64,000 bases of DNA from Eledone cirrhosa. Taxonomy: Eukaryota. A program made the position numbers and the translations under genes. The notes below the pieces were generated by a model. That model searched no databases and was not told the DNA's origin. It saw only the letters and a list, made by a program, of their open reading frames with translations. The DNA lies in NCBI GenBank assembly GCA_964016885.1, contig OZ024749.1, positions 15,996,001 to 16,060,000 on the forward strand, read 5' to 3'. The number at the start of each line of letters is the position of its first letter. The first letter of the stretch is position 1. Positions 1 to 13,235 of the stretch are shown piece after piece.

Positions 1-3000
1 AACTGGGTAATGTGAAAGTAAGAAGGTAATGTGAAAGTAAGAAGGTAATGTGAAAGAAAGAGGGTAATGTGAAAGTAACTGGGTAATGTGAAAGTAAGAA
101 GGTAATGTGAAAGTAAGAAGGTAATGTGAAAGTAAGAAGGTAATGTGAAAGTAACTGGGTAATGTGAAAGTAACAGGGTAATGTGAAAGTAAGAAGGTAA
201 TGTGAAAGTAACTGGGTAATGTGAAAGTAACTGGGTAATGTGAAAGTAAGAAGGTAATGTGAAAGTAAGAAGGTAATGTGAAAGTAACTGGGTGATGTGA
301 AAGTAAGAAGGTAATGTGAAAGTAAGAAGGTAATGTGAAAGAAAGAGGGTAATGTGAAAGAAAGAGGGTAATGTGAAAGTAACTGGGTAATGTGAAAGTA
401 AGAAGGTAATGTGAAAGTAAGAAGGTAATGTGAAAGTAACTGGGTAATGTGAAAGTAAGAAGGTAATGTGAAAGTAACTGGGTAATGTGAAAGTAAGAAG
501 GTAATGTGAAAGTAAGAGGGTAATGTGAAAGTAACTGGGTAATGTGAAAGTAAGAAGGTAATGTGAAAGTAACTGGGTAATGTGAAAGTAAGAAGGTAAT
601 GTGAAAGTAAGAAGGTAATGTGAAAGTAACTGGGCAATGTGAAAGTAAGAAGGTAATGTGAAAGTAACTGGGTAATGTGAAAGTAAGAAGGTAATGTGAA
701 AGTAACTGGGTAATGTGAAAGTAAGAAGGTAATGTGAAAGTAACTGGGTAATGTGAAAGTAAGAAGGTAATGTGAAAGTAACTGGGTAATGTTAAAGTAA
801 GAAGGTAATGTGAAAGTAACTGGGTAATGTGAAAGTAAGAAGGTAATGTTAAAGTAACTGGGTAATGTGAAAGTTAGAAGGTAATGTGAAAGTAACTGGG
901 TAATGTGAAAGTAAGAAGGTAATGTGAAAGTAACTGGGTAATGTGAAAGTAAGAAGGTAATGTGAAAGTAACTGGGTAATGTGAAAGTAAGAAGGTAATG
1001 TGAAAGTAAGAAGGTAATGTGAAAGTAACTGGGTAATGTGAAAGTAACTGGGTAATGTGAAAGTATCTGGGTAATGTGAAAGTAAGAAGGTAATGTGAAA
1101 GTAAGAATGTAATGTGAAAGTAACTGGGTAATGTGAAAGTAAGAAGGTAATGTGAAAGCAACTGGGTAATGTGAAAGTAAGAAGGTAATGTGAAAGTAAC
1201 AGGGTAATGTGAAAGTAAGATGTAATGTGAAAGTAACTGGGTAATGTGAAAGTAAGAAGGTAATGTGAAAGTAACTGGGTAATGTGAAAGTAAGAAGGTA
1301 ATGTGAAAGTAACAAGGTAATGTGAAAGTAAGAAGGTAATGTGAAAGTAACTGGGTAATGTGAAAGTAAGAAGGTAATGTGAAAGTAAGAAGGTAATGTG
1401 AAAGTAAGAAGGTAATGTGAAAGTAACTGGGTTATGTGAAAGTTAGAAGGTAATGTGAAAGTAACTGGGTAATGTGAAAGTAAGAAGGTAATGTGAAAGT
1501 AACTGGGTAATGTGAAAGTAACAGGGTAATGTGAAAGTAAGAAGGTAATGTGAAAGTAACTGGGTAATGTGAAAGTAACAGGGTAATGTGAAAGTAAGAA
1601 GGTAATGTGAAAGTAACTGGGTAATGTGAAAGTAACTGGGTAATGTGAAAGTAAGAAGGTAATGTGAAAGTAAGAAGGTAATGTGAAAGTAAGAAGGTAA
1701 TGTGAAAGTAAGAAGGTAATGTGAAAGTAACTGGGTAATGTGAAAGTAACAGGGTAATGTGAAAGTAAGAAGGTAATGTGAAAGTAACTGGGTAATGTGA
1801 AAGTAACTGGGTAATGTGAAAGTAAGAAGGTAATGTGAAAGTAAGAAGGTAATGTGAAAGTAAGAAGGTAATGTGAAAGTAAGAAGGTAATGTGAAAGTA
1901 ACTGGGTAATGTGAAAGTAACTGGGTAATGTGAAAGTAAGAAGGTAATGTGAAAGTAACTGGGTAATGTGAAAGTAAGAAGGTAATTTGAAAGTAAGAAG
2001 GTAATGTGAAAGTAACTGGGTAATGTGAAAGTAAGAAGGTAATGTGAAAGTTACTGGGTAATGTGAAAGTAAGAAGGTAATGTGAAAGTAAGAAGGTAAT
2101 GTGAAAGTAAGAAGGTAATGTGAAAGTAACTGGGTAATGTGAAAGTAACTGGGTAATGTGAAAGTAAGAAGGTAATGTGAAAGTAACTGGGTAATGTGAA
2201 AGTAAGAAGTTAATGTGAAAGTAAGTAAGTAATGTGAAAGTAAGAAGGTAATGTGAAAGTAACTGGGTAATGTGAAAGTAAGAAGGTAATGTTAAAGTAA
2301 CTGGGTAATGTGAAAGTAAGAAGGTAATGTGAAAGTAACTGGGTAATGTGAAAGTAAGAAGGTAATGTGAAAGTAACTGGGTAATGTGAAAGTAACTGGG
2401 TAATATGAAAGTAAGAAGGTAATGTGAAAGTAAGTAGGTAATGTGAAAGTAACTGGGTAATGTGAAAGTAAGAAGGTAATGTGAAAGTAAGAAGGTAATG
2501 TGAAAGTAAGAAGGTAATGTGAAAGTAAGAAGGTAATGTGAAAGTAACTGGGTAATGTGAAATTAAGAAGGTAATGTGAAAGTAAGAAGGTAATGTGAAA
2601 GTAACTGGGTAATGTGAAAGTAAGAAGGTAATGTGAAAGTAACTGAGTAATGTGAAAGTAAGAAGGTAATGTGAAAGTAACTGGGTAATGTGAAAGTAAG
2701 AAGGTAATGTGAAAGTAACTGGGTAATGTGAAAGTAAGAAGGTAATGTGAAAGTAAGAAGGTAATGTGAAATTAACTGGGTAATGTGAAAGTAAGAAGCT
2801 AATGTGAAAGTAAGAAGGTAATGTGAAAGTAACTGGGTAATGTGAAAGTAAGAAGGTAATGTGAAAGTAACTGGGTAATGTGAAAGTAACTGGGTAATGT
2901 GAAAGTAAGAAGGTAATGTGAAAGTGACTTGGTAATGTGAAAGTAAGAAGGTAATGTGAAAGTAACTGGGTAATGTGAAAGTAACTGGGTAATGTGAAAG

Positions 3001-6000
3001 TAAGAAGGTAATGTGAAAGTAACTGGGTAATGTGAAAGTAAGAAGGTAATGTGAAAGTAACTGGGTAATGTGAAAGTAACTGGGTAATGTGAAAGTAAGA
3101 AGGTAATGTGAAAGTAACTGGGTAATGTGAAAGTAAGAAGGTAATGTGAAAGTAACTGGGTAATGTGAAAGTAAGAAAGTAATGTGAAAGTAACTGGGTA
3201 ATGTGAAAGTAAGAAGGTAATGTGAAAGTAACTGGGTAATGTGAAAGTAACTGGGTAATGTGAAAGTAAGAAGGCAATGTGAAAGTAACTGGGTAATGTG
3301 AAAGTAAGAAGGTAATGTGAAAGTAAGAAGGTAATGTGAAAGTAACTGGGTAATGTGAAAGTAACTGGGTAATGTGAAAGTAAGAAGGTAATGTGAAAGT
3401 AACTGGGTAATGTGAAAGCAAGAAGGTAATGTGAAAGTAACTGGGTAATGTGAAAGTAACTGGGTAATATGAAAGTAAGAAGGTAATGTGAAAGTAAGTA
3501 GGTAATGTGAAAGTAACTGGGTAATGTGAAAGTCACTGGGTAATGTGAAAGTAAGAAGGTAATGTGAAAGTAAGAAGGTAATGTAAAAGTAACTGGGTAA
3601 TGTGAAAATAAGAAGGTAATGTGAAAGTAACTGGGTAATGTGAAAGTGAGAAGGTAATGTGAAAGTAACTGGGTAATGTGAAAGTAAGAAGGTAATGTGA
3701 AAGTAAGAAGGTAATGTGAAAGTAAGAAGGTAATGTGAAAGAAACTGGGTAATGTGAAAGTAAGAAGGTAATGTGAAAGTAACTGGGTAATGTGAAAGTA
3801 AGAAGGTAATGTGAAAGTAAGAAGGTAATGTGAAAGTAACTGGGTAATGTGAAAGTAAGAAGGTAATGTGAAAGTAACTGGGTAATGTGAAAGTAAGAAG
3901 GTAAGGTGAAAGTAACTGGGTAATGTGAAAGTAAGAAGGTAATGTGAAAGTAACTGGGTAATGTGAAAGTAAGAAGGTAATGTGAAAGTAAGAAGGTAAT
4001 GTGAAAGTAAGAAGGTAATGTGAAAGTAACTGGGTAATGTGAAAGTAACTGGGTAATGTGAAAGTAAGAAGGTAATGTGAAAGTAACTGGGTAATGTGAC
4101 AGTAAGAAGGTAATGTGAAAGTAACTGGGTAATGTGAAAGTAAGAAGGTAATGTGAAAGTAACTGGGTAATGCGAAAGTAACAGGGTAATGTGAAAGTAA
4201 GAAGGTAATGTGAAAGTAACTGGGTAATGTGAAAGTAACTGGGTAATGTGAAAGTAAGAAGGTAATGTGAAAGTAACTGGGTAATGTGAAAGTAAGAAGG
4301 TAATGTGAAAGTAAGAAGGTAATGTGAAAGTAACTGGGTAATGTGAAAGTAAGAAGGTAATGTGAAAGTTACTGGGTAATGTGAAAGTAAGAAGGTAATG
4401 TGAAAGTAAGAAGGTAACGTGAAAGTAACTGGGTACTGTGAAAGTAACTGGGTAATGTGAAAGTAAGAAGGTAATGTGAAAGTAACTGGGTAATGTGAAA
4501 GTAAGAAGTTAATGTGAAAGTAAGTAAGTAATGTGAAAGTAAGAAGGTAATGTGAAAGTAACTGGGTAATGTGAAAGTAAGAAGGTAATGTGAAAGTAAG
4601 AAGGTAATGTGAAATTAACTGGGTAATGTGAAAGTAAGAAGGTAATGTGAAAGTAAGAAGGTAATGTGAAAGTAACTGGGTAATGTGAAAGTAAGAAGGT
4701 AATGTGAAAGTAAGAAGGTAATGTGAAAGTAACTGGGTAATGTGAAAGTAAGAAGGTAATGTGAAAGTAACTAAGTAATGTGAAAGTAAGAAGGTAATGT
4801 GAAAGTAACTGGGTAATGTGAAAGTAAGAAGGTAATGTGAAAGTAACTGGGTAATGTGAAAGTAAGAAGGTAATGTGAAAGTAACTGGGTAATGTGAAAG
4901 TAACTGGGTAATGTGAAAGTAAGAAGGTAATGTGAAAGTAACTTGGTAACGTGAAAGTAAGAAGGTAATGTGAAAGTAACTGGGTAATGTGAAAGTAACT
5001 GGGTAATGTGAAAGTAAGAAGGTAATGTGAAAGTAACTGGGTAATGTGAAAGTAAGAAGGTAATGTGAAAGTAACTGGGTAATGTGAAAGTAACTGGGTA
5101 ATGTGAAAGTAAGAAGGTAATGTGAAAGTAACTGGGTAATGTGAAAGTAAGAAGGTAATGTGAAAGTAACTGGGTAATGTGAAAGTAAGAAAGTAATGTG
5201 AAAGTAACTGGGTAATGTGAAAGTAAGAAGGTAATGTGAAAGTAACTGGGTAATGTGAAAGTAACTGGGTAATGTGAAAGTAAGAAGGCAATGTGAAAGT
5301 AACTGGGTAATGTGAAAGTAAGAAGGTAATGTGAAAGTAAGAAGGTAATGTGAAAGTAACTGGGTAATGTGAAAGTAACTGGGTAATGTGAAAGTAAGAA
5401 GGTAATGTGAAAGTAACTGGGTAATGTGAAAGCAAGAAGGTAATGTGAAAGTAACTGGGTAATGTGAAAGTAACTGGGTAATATGAAAGTAAGAAGGTAA
5501 TGTGAAAGTAAGTAGGTAATGTGAAAGTAACTGGGTAATGTGAAAGTCACTGGGTAATGTGAAAGTAAGAAGGTAATGTGAAAGTAAGAAGGTAATGTAA
5601 AAGTAACAGGGTAATGTGAAAATAAGAAGGTAATGTGAAAGTAACTGGGTAATGTGAAAGTGAGAAGGTAATGTGAAAGTAACTGGGTAATGTGAAAGTA
5701 AGAAGGTAATGTGAAAGTAAGAAGGTAATGTGAAAGTAAGAAGATAATGTGAAAGTAACTGGGTAATGTGAAAGTAAGAAGGTAATGTGAAAGTAAGAAG
5801 GTAATGTGAAAGTAAGAAGGTAATGTGAAAGTAAGAAGGTAATGTGAAAGTAACTGGGTAATGTGAAAGTAAGAAGGTAATGTGAAAGTAACTGGGTAAT
5901 GTGAAAGTAAGAAGGTAAGGTGAAAGTAACTGGATAATGTGAAAGTAAGAAGGTAATGTGAAAGTAACTGGGTAATGTGAAAGTAAGAAGGTAATGTGAA

Positions 6001-9000
6001 AGTAAGAAGGTAATGTGAAAGTAACTGGGTAATGTGAAAGTAACTGGGTAATGTGAAAGTAAGAAGGTAATGTGAAAGTAACTGGGTAATGTGAAAGTAA
6101 CTGGGTAATGTGAAAGTAACTGGGTAATGTGAAAGTAAGAAGGTAATGTGAAAGTAACTGGGTAATGTTAAAGTAACAGGGTAATGTGAAAGTAAGAAGG
6201 TAGTGTGAAAGTAACTGGGTAATGTGAAAGTAACTGGGTAATGTGAAAGTAAGAAGGTAATGTGAAAGTAACTGGGTAATGTGAAAGTAAGAAGGTAATG
6301 TGAAAGTAAGAAGGTAATGTGAAAGTAACTGGGTAATGTGAAAGTAAGAAGGTAATGTGAAAGTTACTGGGTAATGTGAAAGTAAGAAGGTAATGTGAAA
6401 GTAAGAAGGTAACGTGAAAGTAACTGGGTACTGTGAAAGTAACTGGGTAATGTGAAAGTAAGAAGGTAATGTGAAAGTAACTGGGTAATGTGAAAGTAAG
6501 AAGTTAATGTGAAAGTAAGTAAGTAATGTGAAAGTAAGAAGGTAATGTGAAAGTAACTGGGTAATGTGAAAGTAAGAAGGTAATGTGAAAGTAAGAAGGT
6601 AATGTGAAAGTAACTGGGTAATGTGAAAGTAAGAAGGTAATGTGAAAGTAACTGGGTAATGTGAAAGTAACTGGGTAATATGAAAGTAAGAAGGTAATGT
6701 GAAAGTAAGTAGGTAATGTGAAAGTAACTGGGTAATGTGAAAGTAAGAAGGTAATGTGAAAGTAAGAAGGTAATGTGAAAGTAAGAAGGTAATGTGAAAG
6801 TAACTGGGTAATGTGAAATTAAGAAGGTAATGTGAAAGTAAGAAGGTAATGTGAAAGTAACTGGGTAATGTGAAAGTAAGAAGGTAATGTGAAAGTAACT
6901 GGGTAATGTGAAAGTAAGAAGGTAATGTGAAAATAACTGGGTAATGTGAAAGTAAGAAGGTAATGTGAAAGTAACTGGGTAATGTGAAAGTAAGAAGGTA
7001 ATGTGAAAGTAAGAAGGTAATGTGAAATTAACTGGGTAATGTGAAAGTAAGAAGGTAATGTGAAAGTAAGAAGGTAATGTGAAAGTAACTGGGTAATGTG
7101 AAAGTAAGAAGGTAATGTGAAAGTAACTGGGTAATGTGAAAGTAAGAAGGTAATGTGAAAGTAACTTGGTAATGTGAAAGTAAGAAGGTAATGTGTAAGT
7201 AACTGGGTAATGTGAAAGTAACTGGGTAATGTGAAAGTAAGAAGGTAATGTGAAAGTAACTGGGTAATGTGAAAGTAAGAAGGTAATGTGAAAGTAACTG
7301 GGTAATGTGAAAGTAACTGGGTAATGTGAAAGTAAGAAGGTAATGTGAAAGTAACTGGGTAATGTGAAAGTAAGAAGGTAATGTGAAAGTAACTGGGTAA
7401 TGTGAAAGTAAGAAAGTAATGTGAAAGTAACTGGGTAATGTGAAAGTAAGAAGGTAATGTGAAAGTAACTGGGTAATGTGAAAGTAACTGGGTAATGTGA
7501 AAGTGAGAAGGCAATGTGAAAGTAACTGGGTAATGTGAAAGTAAGAAGGTAATGTGAAAGTAAGAAGGTAATGTGAAAGTAACTGGGTAATGTGAAAGTA
7601 ACTGGGTAATGTGAAAGTAAGAAGGTAATGTGAAAGTAACTGGGTAATGTGAAAGCAAGAAGGTAATGTGAAAGTAACTGGGTAATGTGAAAGTAACTGG
7701 GTAATATGAAAGTAAAAGGTAATGTGAAAGTAAGTAGGTAATGTGAATGTAACTGGGTAATGTGAAAGTCACTGGGTAATGTGAAAGTAAGAAGGTAATG
7801 TGAAAGTAAGAAGGTAATGTGAAAGTAACTGGGTAATGTGAAATTAAGAAGGTAATGTGAAAGTAAGAAGGTAATGTGAAAGTAACTGGGTAATGTGAAA
7901 GTAAGAAGGTAATGTGAAAGTAACTGGGTAATGTGAAAGTAAGAAGGTAATGTGAAAGTAACTGGGTAATGTGAAAGTAAGAAGGTAATGTGAAAGTAAC
8001 TGGGTAACGTGAAAGTAAGAAGGTAATGTGAAAGTAAGAAGGTAATGTGAAATTAACTGGGTAATGTGAAAGTAAGAAGGTAATGTGAAAGTAACTGGGT
8101 AATGTGAAAGTAAGAAGGTAATGTGAAAGTAAGAAGGTAATGTGAAAGTAACTGGGTAATGTGAAAGTAAGAAGGTAATGTGAAAGTATCTAAGTAATGT
8201 GAAAGTAAGAAGGTAATGTGAAAGTAACTGGGTAATGTGAAAGTAAGAAGGTAATGTGAAAGTAACTGGGTAATGTGAAAGTATGAAGGTAATGTGAAAG
8301 TAACTGGGTAATGTGAAAGTAACTGGGTAATGTGAAAGTAAGAAGGTAATGTGAAAGTAACTTGGTAATGTGAAAGTAAGAAGGTAATGTGTAAGTAACT
8401 GGGTAATGTGAAAGTAACTGGGTAATGTGAAAGTAAGAAGGTAATGTGAAAGTAACTGGGTAATGTGAAAGTAAGAAGGTAATGTTAAAGTAACTGGGTA
8501 ATGTGAAAGTAACTGGGTAATGTGAAAGTAAGAAGGTAATGTGAAAGTAACTGGGTAATGTGAAAGTAAGAAGGTAATGTGAAAGTAACTGGGTAATGTG
8601 AAAGTAAGAAAGTAATGTGAAAGTAACTGGGTAATGTGAAAGTAAGAAGGTAATGTGAAAGTAACTGGGTAATGTGAAAATAACTGGGTAATGTAAAAGT
8701 GAGAAGGCAATGTGAAAGTAACTGGGTAATGTGAAAGTAAGAAGGTAATGTGAAAGTAAGAAGATAATGTGAAAGTAACTGGGTAATGTGAAAGTAACTG
8801 GGTAATGTGAAAGTAAGAAGGTAATGTGAAAGTAACTGGGTAATGTGAAAGCAAGAAGGTAATGTGAAAGTAACTGGGTAATGTGAAAGTAACTGGGTAA
8901 TATGAAAGTAAGAAGGTAATGTGAAAGTAAGTAGGTAATGTGAAAGTAAGTAGGTAATGTGAAAGTAACTGGGTAATGTGAAAGTCACTGGGTAATGTGA

Positions 9001-12000
9001 AAGTAAGAAGGTAATGTGAAAGTAAGAAGGTAATGTGAAAGTAACTGGGTAATGTGAAAATAAGAAGGTAATGTGAAAGTAACTGGGTAATGTGAAAGTA
9101 AGAAGGTAATGTGAAAGTAACTGGGTAATGTGAAAGTAAGAAGGTAATGTGAAAGTAACTGGGTAATGTGAAAGTGAGAAGGTAATGCGAAAGTAACTGG
9201 GTAATGTGAAAGTAAGAAGGTAATGTGAAAGTAAGAAGGTAATGTGAAAGTAAGAAGGTAATGTGAAAGCAACTGGGTAATGTGAAAGTAAGAAGGTAAT
9301 GTGAAAGTAACTGGGTAATGTGAAAGTAAGAAGGTAATGTGAAAGTAAGAAGGTAATGTGAAAGTAACTGGGTAATGTTAAAGTAAGAAGGTAATGTGAA
9401 AGTAACTGGGTAATGTGAAAGTAAGAAGGTAAGGTGAAAGTAACTGGGTAATGTGAAAGTAACTGGGTAATGTGAAAGTAACTGGGTAATGTGAAAGTAA
9501 GAAGGTAATGTGAAAGTAAGAAGGTAATGTGAAAGTAACTGGGTAATGTGAAAGTAACTGGGTAATGTGAAAGTAAGAAGGTAATGTGAAAGTAACTGGG
9601 TAATGTGAAAGTAAGAAGGTAATGTGGAAGTAAGAAGGTAATGGGAAAGTAACTGGGTAATGTGAAAGTAAGAAGGTAATGTGAAAGTAACTGGGTAATG
9701 TGAAAGTAAGAAAGTAATGTGAAAGTAACTGGGTAATGTGAAAGTAAGAAGGTAATGTGAAAGTAAGAAGGTAATGTGAAAGTAACTGGGTAATGTGAAA
9801 GTAAGAAGGTAATGTGAAAGTAACTGGGTAATGTGAAAGTAACTGGGTAATGTGAAAGTAAGAAGGTAGTGTGAAAGTAACTGGGTAATGTGAAAGTAAG
9901 AAGGTAATGTGAAAGTAAGAAGGTAATGTGAAAGTAACTGGGTAATGTGAAAGTAAGAAGGTAATGTGAAAGTAACTGGGTAATGTGAAAGTAAGAAGGT
10001 AAGGTGAAAGTAACTGGGTAATGTGAAAGTAAGAAGCTAATGTGAAAGTAACTGGGTAATGTGAAAGTAAGAAGGTAATGTGAAAGTAAGAAGGTAATGT
10101 GAAAGTAACTGGGTAATGTGAAAGTAACTGGGTAATGTGAAAGTAAGAAGGTAATGTGAAAGTAAGAAGGTAATGTGAAAGTAACTGGGTAATGTGAAAG
10201 TAAGAAAGTAATGTGAAAGTAACTGGGTAATGTGAAAGTAAGAAGGTAATGTGAAAGTAAGAAGGTAATGTGAAAATAACTGGGTAATGTGAAAGTAAGA
10301 AGGTAATGTGAAAGTAACTGGGTAATGTGAAAGTAAGAAGGTAATGTGAAAATAACTGGGTAATATGAAAGTAACTGGGTAATGTGAAAGTAAGAAGGTA
10401 ATGTGAAAGTAACTGGGTAATATGAAAGTAAGAAGGTAATGTGAAAGTAACTGGGTAATGTGAAAGTAAGAAGGTAATGTGAAAGTAACTGGGTAATGCG
10501 AAAGTAACAGGGTAATGTGAAAGTAAGAAGGTAGTGTGAAAGTAACTGGGTAATGTGAAAGTAACTGGGTAATGTGAAAGTAAGAAGGTAATGTGAAAGT
10601 AACTGGGTAATGTGAAAGTAAGAAGGTAATGTGAAAGTAAGAATGTAATGTGAAAGTAACTGGGTAATGTGAAAGTAAGAAGGTAATGTGAAAGTAAGAA
10701 GGTAACGTGAAAGTAACTGGGTACTGTGAAAGTAACTGGGTAATGTGAAAGTAAGGAGGTAATGTGAAAGTAACTGGGTAATGTGAAAGTAAGAAGTTAA
10801 TGTGAAAGTAAGTAAGTAATGTGAAAGTAAGAAGGTAATGTGAAAGTAACTGGGTAATGTGAAAGTAAGAAGGTAATGTGAAAGTAAGAAGGTAATGTGA
10901 AAGTAACTGGGTAATGTGAAAGTAAGAAGGTAATGTGAAAGTAAATGGGTAATGTGAAAGTAAGAAGGTAATGTGAAAGTAACTGGGTAATGTGAAAGTA
11001 AGAAGGTAATGTAAAAGTAAGAAGGTAATGTGAAAGAAAGAGGGTAATGTGAAAGTAAGAAGGTAATGTGAAAGTAAGAAGGTAATGTGAAAGTAAGAAG
11101 GTAATGTGAAAGTAAGAAGGTAATGGGAAAGTAACTGGGTAATGTGAAAGTAAGAAGGTAATGTGAAAGTAAGAGGGTAATGTGAAAGTAACTGGGTAAT
11201 GTGAAAGTAAGAAGGTAATGTGAAAGTAACTGGGTAATGTGAAAGTAAGAAGGTAATGTGAAAGTAAGAAGGTAATGTGAAAGTAACTGGGTAATGTTAA
11301 AGTAAGAAGGTAATGTGAAAGTAACTGGGTAATGTGAAAGTAAGAAGGTAAGGTGAAAGTAACTGGGTAATGTGAAAGTAAGAAGGTAATGTGAAAGTAA
11401 CTGGGTAATGTGAAAGTAAGAAGGTAATGTGAAAGTAAGAAGGTAATGTGAAAGTAACTGGGTAATGTGAAAGTAACTGGGTAATGTGAAAGTAAGAAGG
11501 TAATGTGAAAGTAACTGGGTAATGTGAAAGTAAGAAGGTAATGTGGAAGTAAGAAGGTAATGGGAAAGTAACTGGGTAATGTGAAAGTAAGAAGGTAATG
11601 TGAAAGTAACTGGGTAATGTGAAAGTAAGAAAGTAATGTGAAAGTAACTGGGTAATGTGAAAGTAAGAAGGTAATGTGAAAGTAAGAAGGTAATGTGAAA
11701 GTAACTGGGTAATGTGAAAGTAAGAAGGTAATGTGAAAGTAACTGGGTAATGTGAAAGTAACTGGGTAATGTGAAAGTAAGAAGGTAATGTGAAAGTAAG
11801 AAGGTAATGTGAAAGTAAGAAGGTAATGTGAAAGTAACTGGGTAATGTGAAAGTAAGAAGGTAGTGTGAAAGTAACTGGGTAATGTGAAAGTAAGAAGGT
11901 AATGTGAATGTAAGAAGGTAATGTGAAAGTAACTGGGTAATGTGAAAGTAAGAAGGTAATGTGAAAGTAACTGGGTAATGTGAAAGTAAGAAGGTAAGGT

Positions 12001-13230
12001 GAAAGTAACTGGGTAATGTGAAAGTAAGAAGCTAATGTGAAAGTAACTGGGTAATGTGAAAGTAAGAAGGTAATGTGAAAGTAAGAAGGTAATGTGAAAG
12101 TAACTGGGTAATGTGAAAGTAACTGGGTAATGTGAAAGTAAGAAGGTAATGTGAAAGTAAGAAGGTAATGTGAAAGTAACTGGGTAATGTGAAAGTAAGA
12201 AAGTAATGTGAAAGTAACTGGGTAATGTGAAAGTAAGAAGGTAATGTGAAAGTAAGAAGGTAATGTGAAAATAACTGGGTAATGTGAAAGTAAGAAGGTA
12301 ATGTGAAAGTAACTGGGTAATGTGAAAGTAAGAAGGTAATGTGAAAATAACTGGGTAATATGAAAGTAACTGGGTAATGTGAAAGTAAGAAGGTAATGTG
12401 AAAGTAACTGGGTAATATGAAAGTAAGAAGATAATGTGAAAGTAACTGGGTAATGCGAAAGTAACAGGGTAATGTGAAAGTAAGAAGGTAGTGTGAAAGT
12501 AACTGGGTAATGTGAAAGTAACTGGGTAATGTGAAAGTAAGAAGGTAATGTGAAAGTAACTGGGTAATGTGAAAGTAAGAAGGTAATGTGAAAGTAAGAA
12601 TGTAATGTGAAAGTAACTGGGTAATGTGAAAGTAAGAAGGTAATGTGAAAGTAAGAAGGTAACGTGAAAGTAACTGGGTACTGTGAAAGTAACTGGGTAA
12701 TGTGAAAGTAAGGAGGTAATGTGAAAGTAACTGGGTAATGTGAAAGTAAGAAGTTAATGTGAAAGTAAGTAAGTAATGTGAAAGTAAGAAGGTAATGTGA
12801 AAGTAACTGGGTAATGTGAAAGTAAGAAGGTAATGTGAAAGTAAGAAGGTAATGTGAAAGTAACTGGGTAATGTGAAAGTAAGAAGGTAATGTGAAAGTA
12901 AATGGGTAATGTGAAAGTAAGAAGGTAATGTGAAAGTAACTGGGTAATGTGAAAGTAAGAAGGTAATGTAAAAGTAAGAAGGTAATGTGAAAGAAAGAGG
13001 GTAATGTGAAAGTAAGAAGGTAATGTGAAAGTAAGAAGGTAATGTGAAAGTAAGAAGGTAATGTGAAAGTAAGAAGGTAATGTGAAAGTAAGAAGGTAAT
13101 GGGAAAGTAACTGGGTAATGTGAAAGTAAGAAGGTAATGTGAAAGTAAGAGGGTAATGTGAAAGTAACTGGGTAATGTGAAAGTAAGAAGGTAACGTGAA
13201 AGTATGAAGGTAATGTGAAAGTGAGAAGGT
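1..13230. repeat. 19-bp satellite, two major monomers GTAATGTGAAAGTAA-GAAG / -CTGG (~695 copies, truncated by window start)
   Basis: GTAAT recurs at 7, 26, 45...; minus-strand ORFs have a 19-aa (3-monomer) period; one 1-bp deletion near 7715. Confidence 0.98.
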
Positions 13231-13235
13231 GTTGT

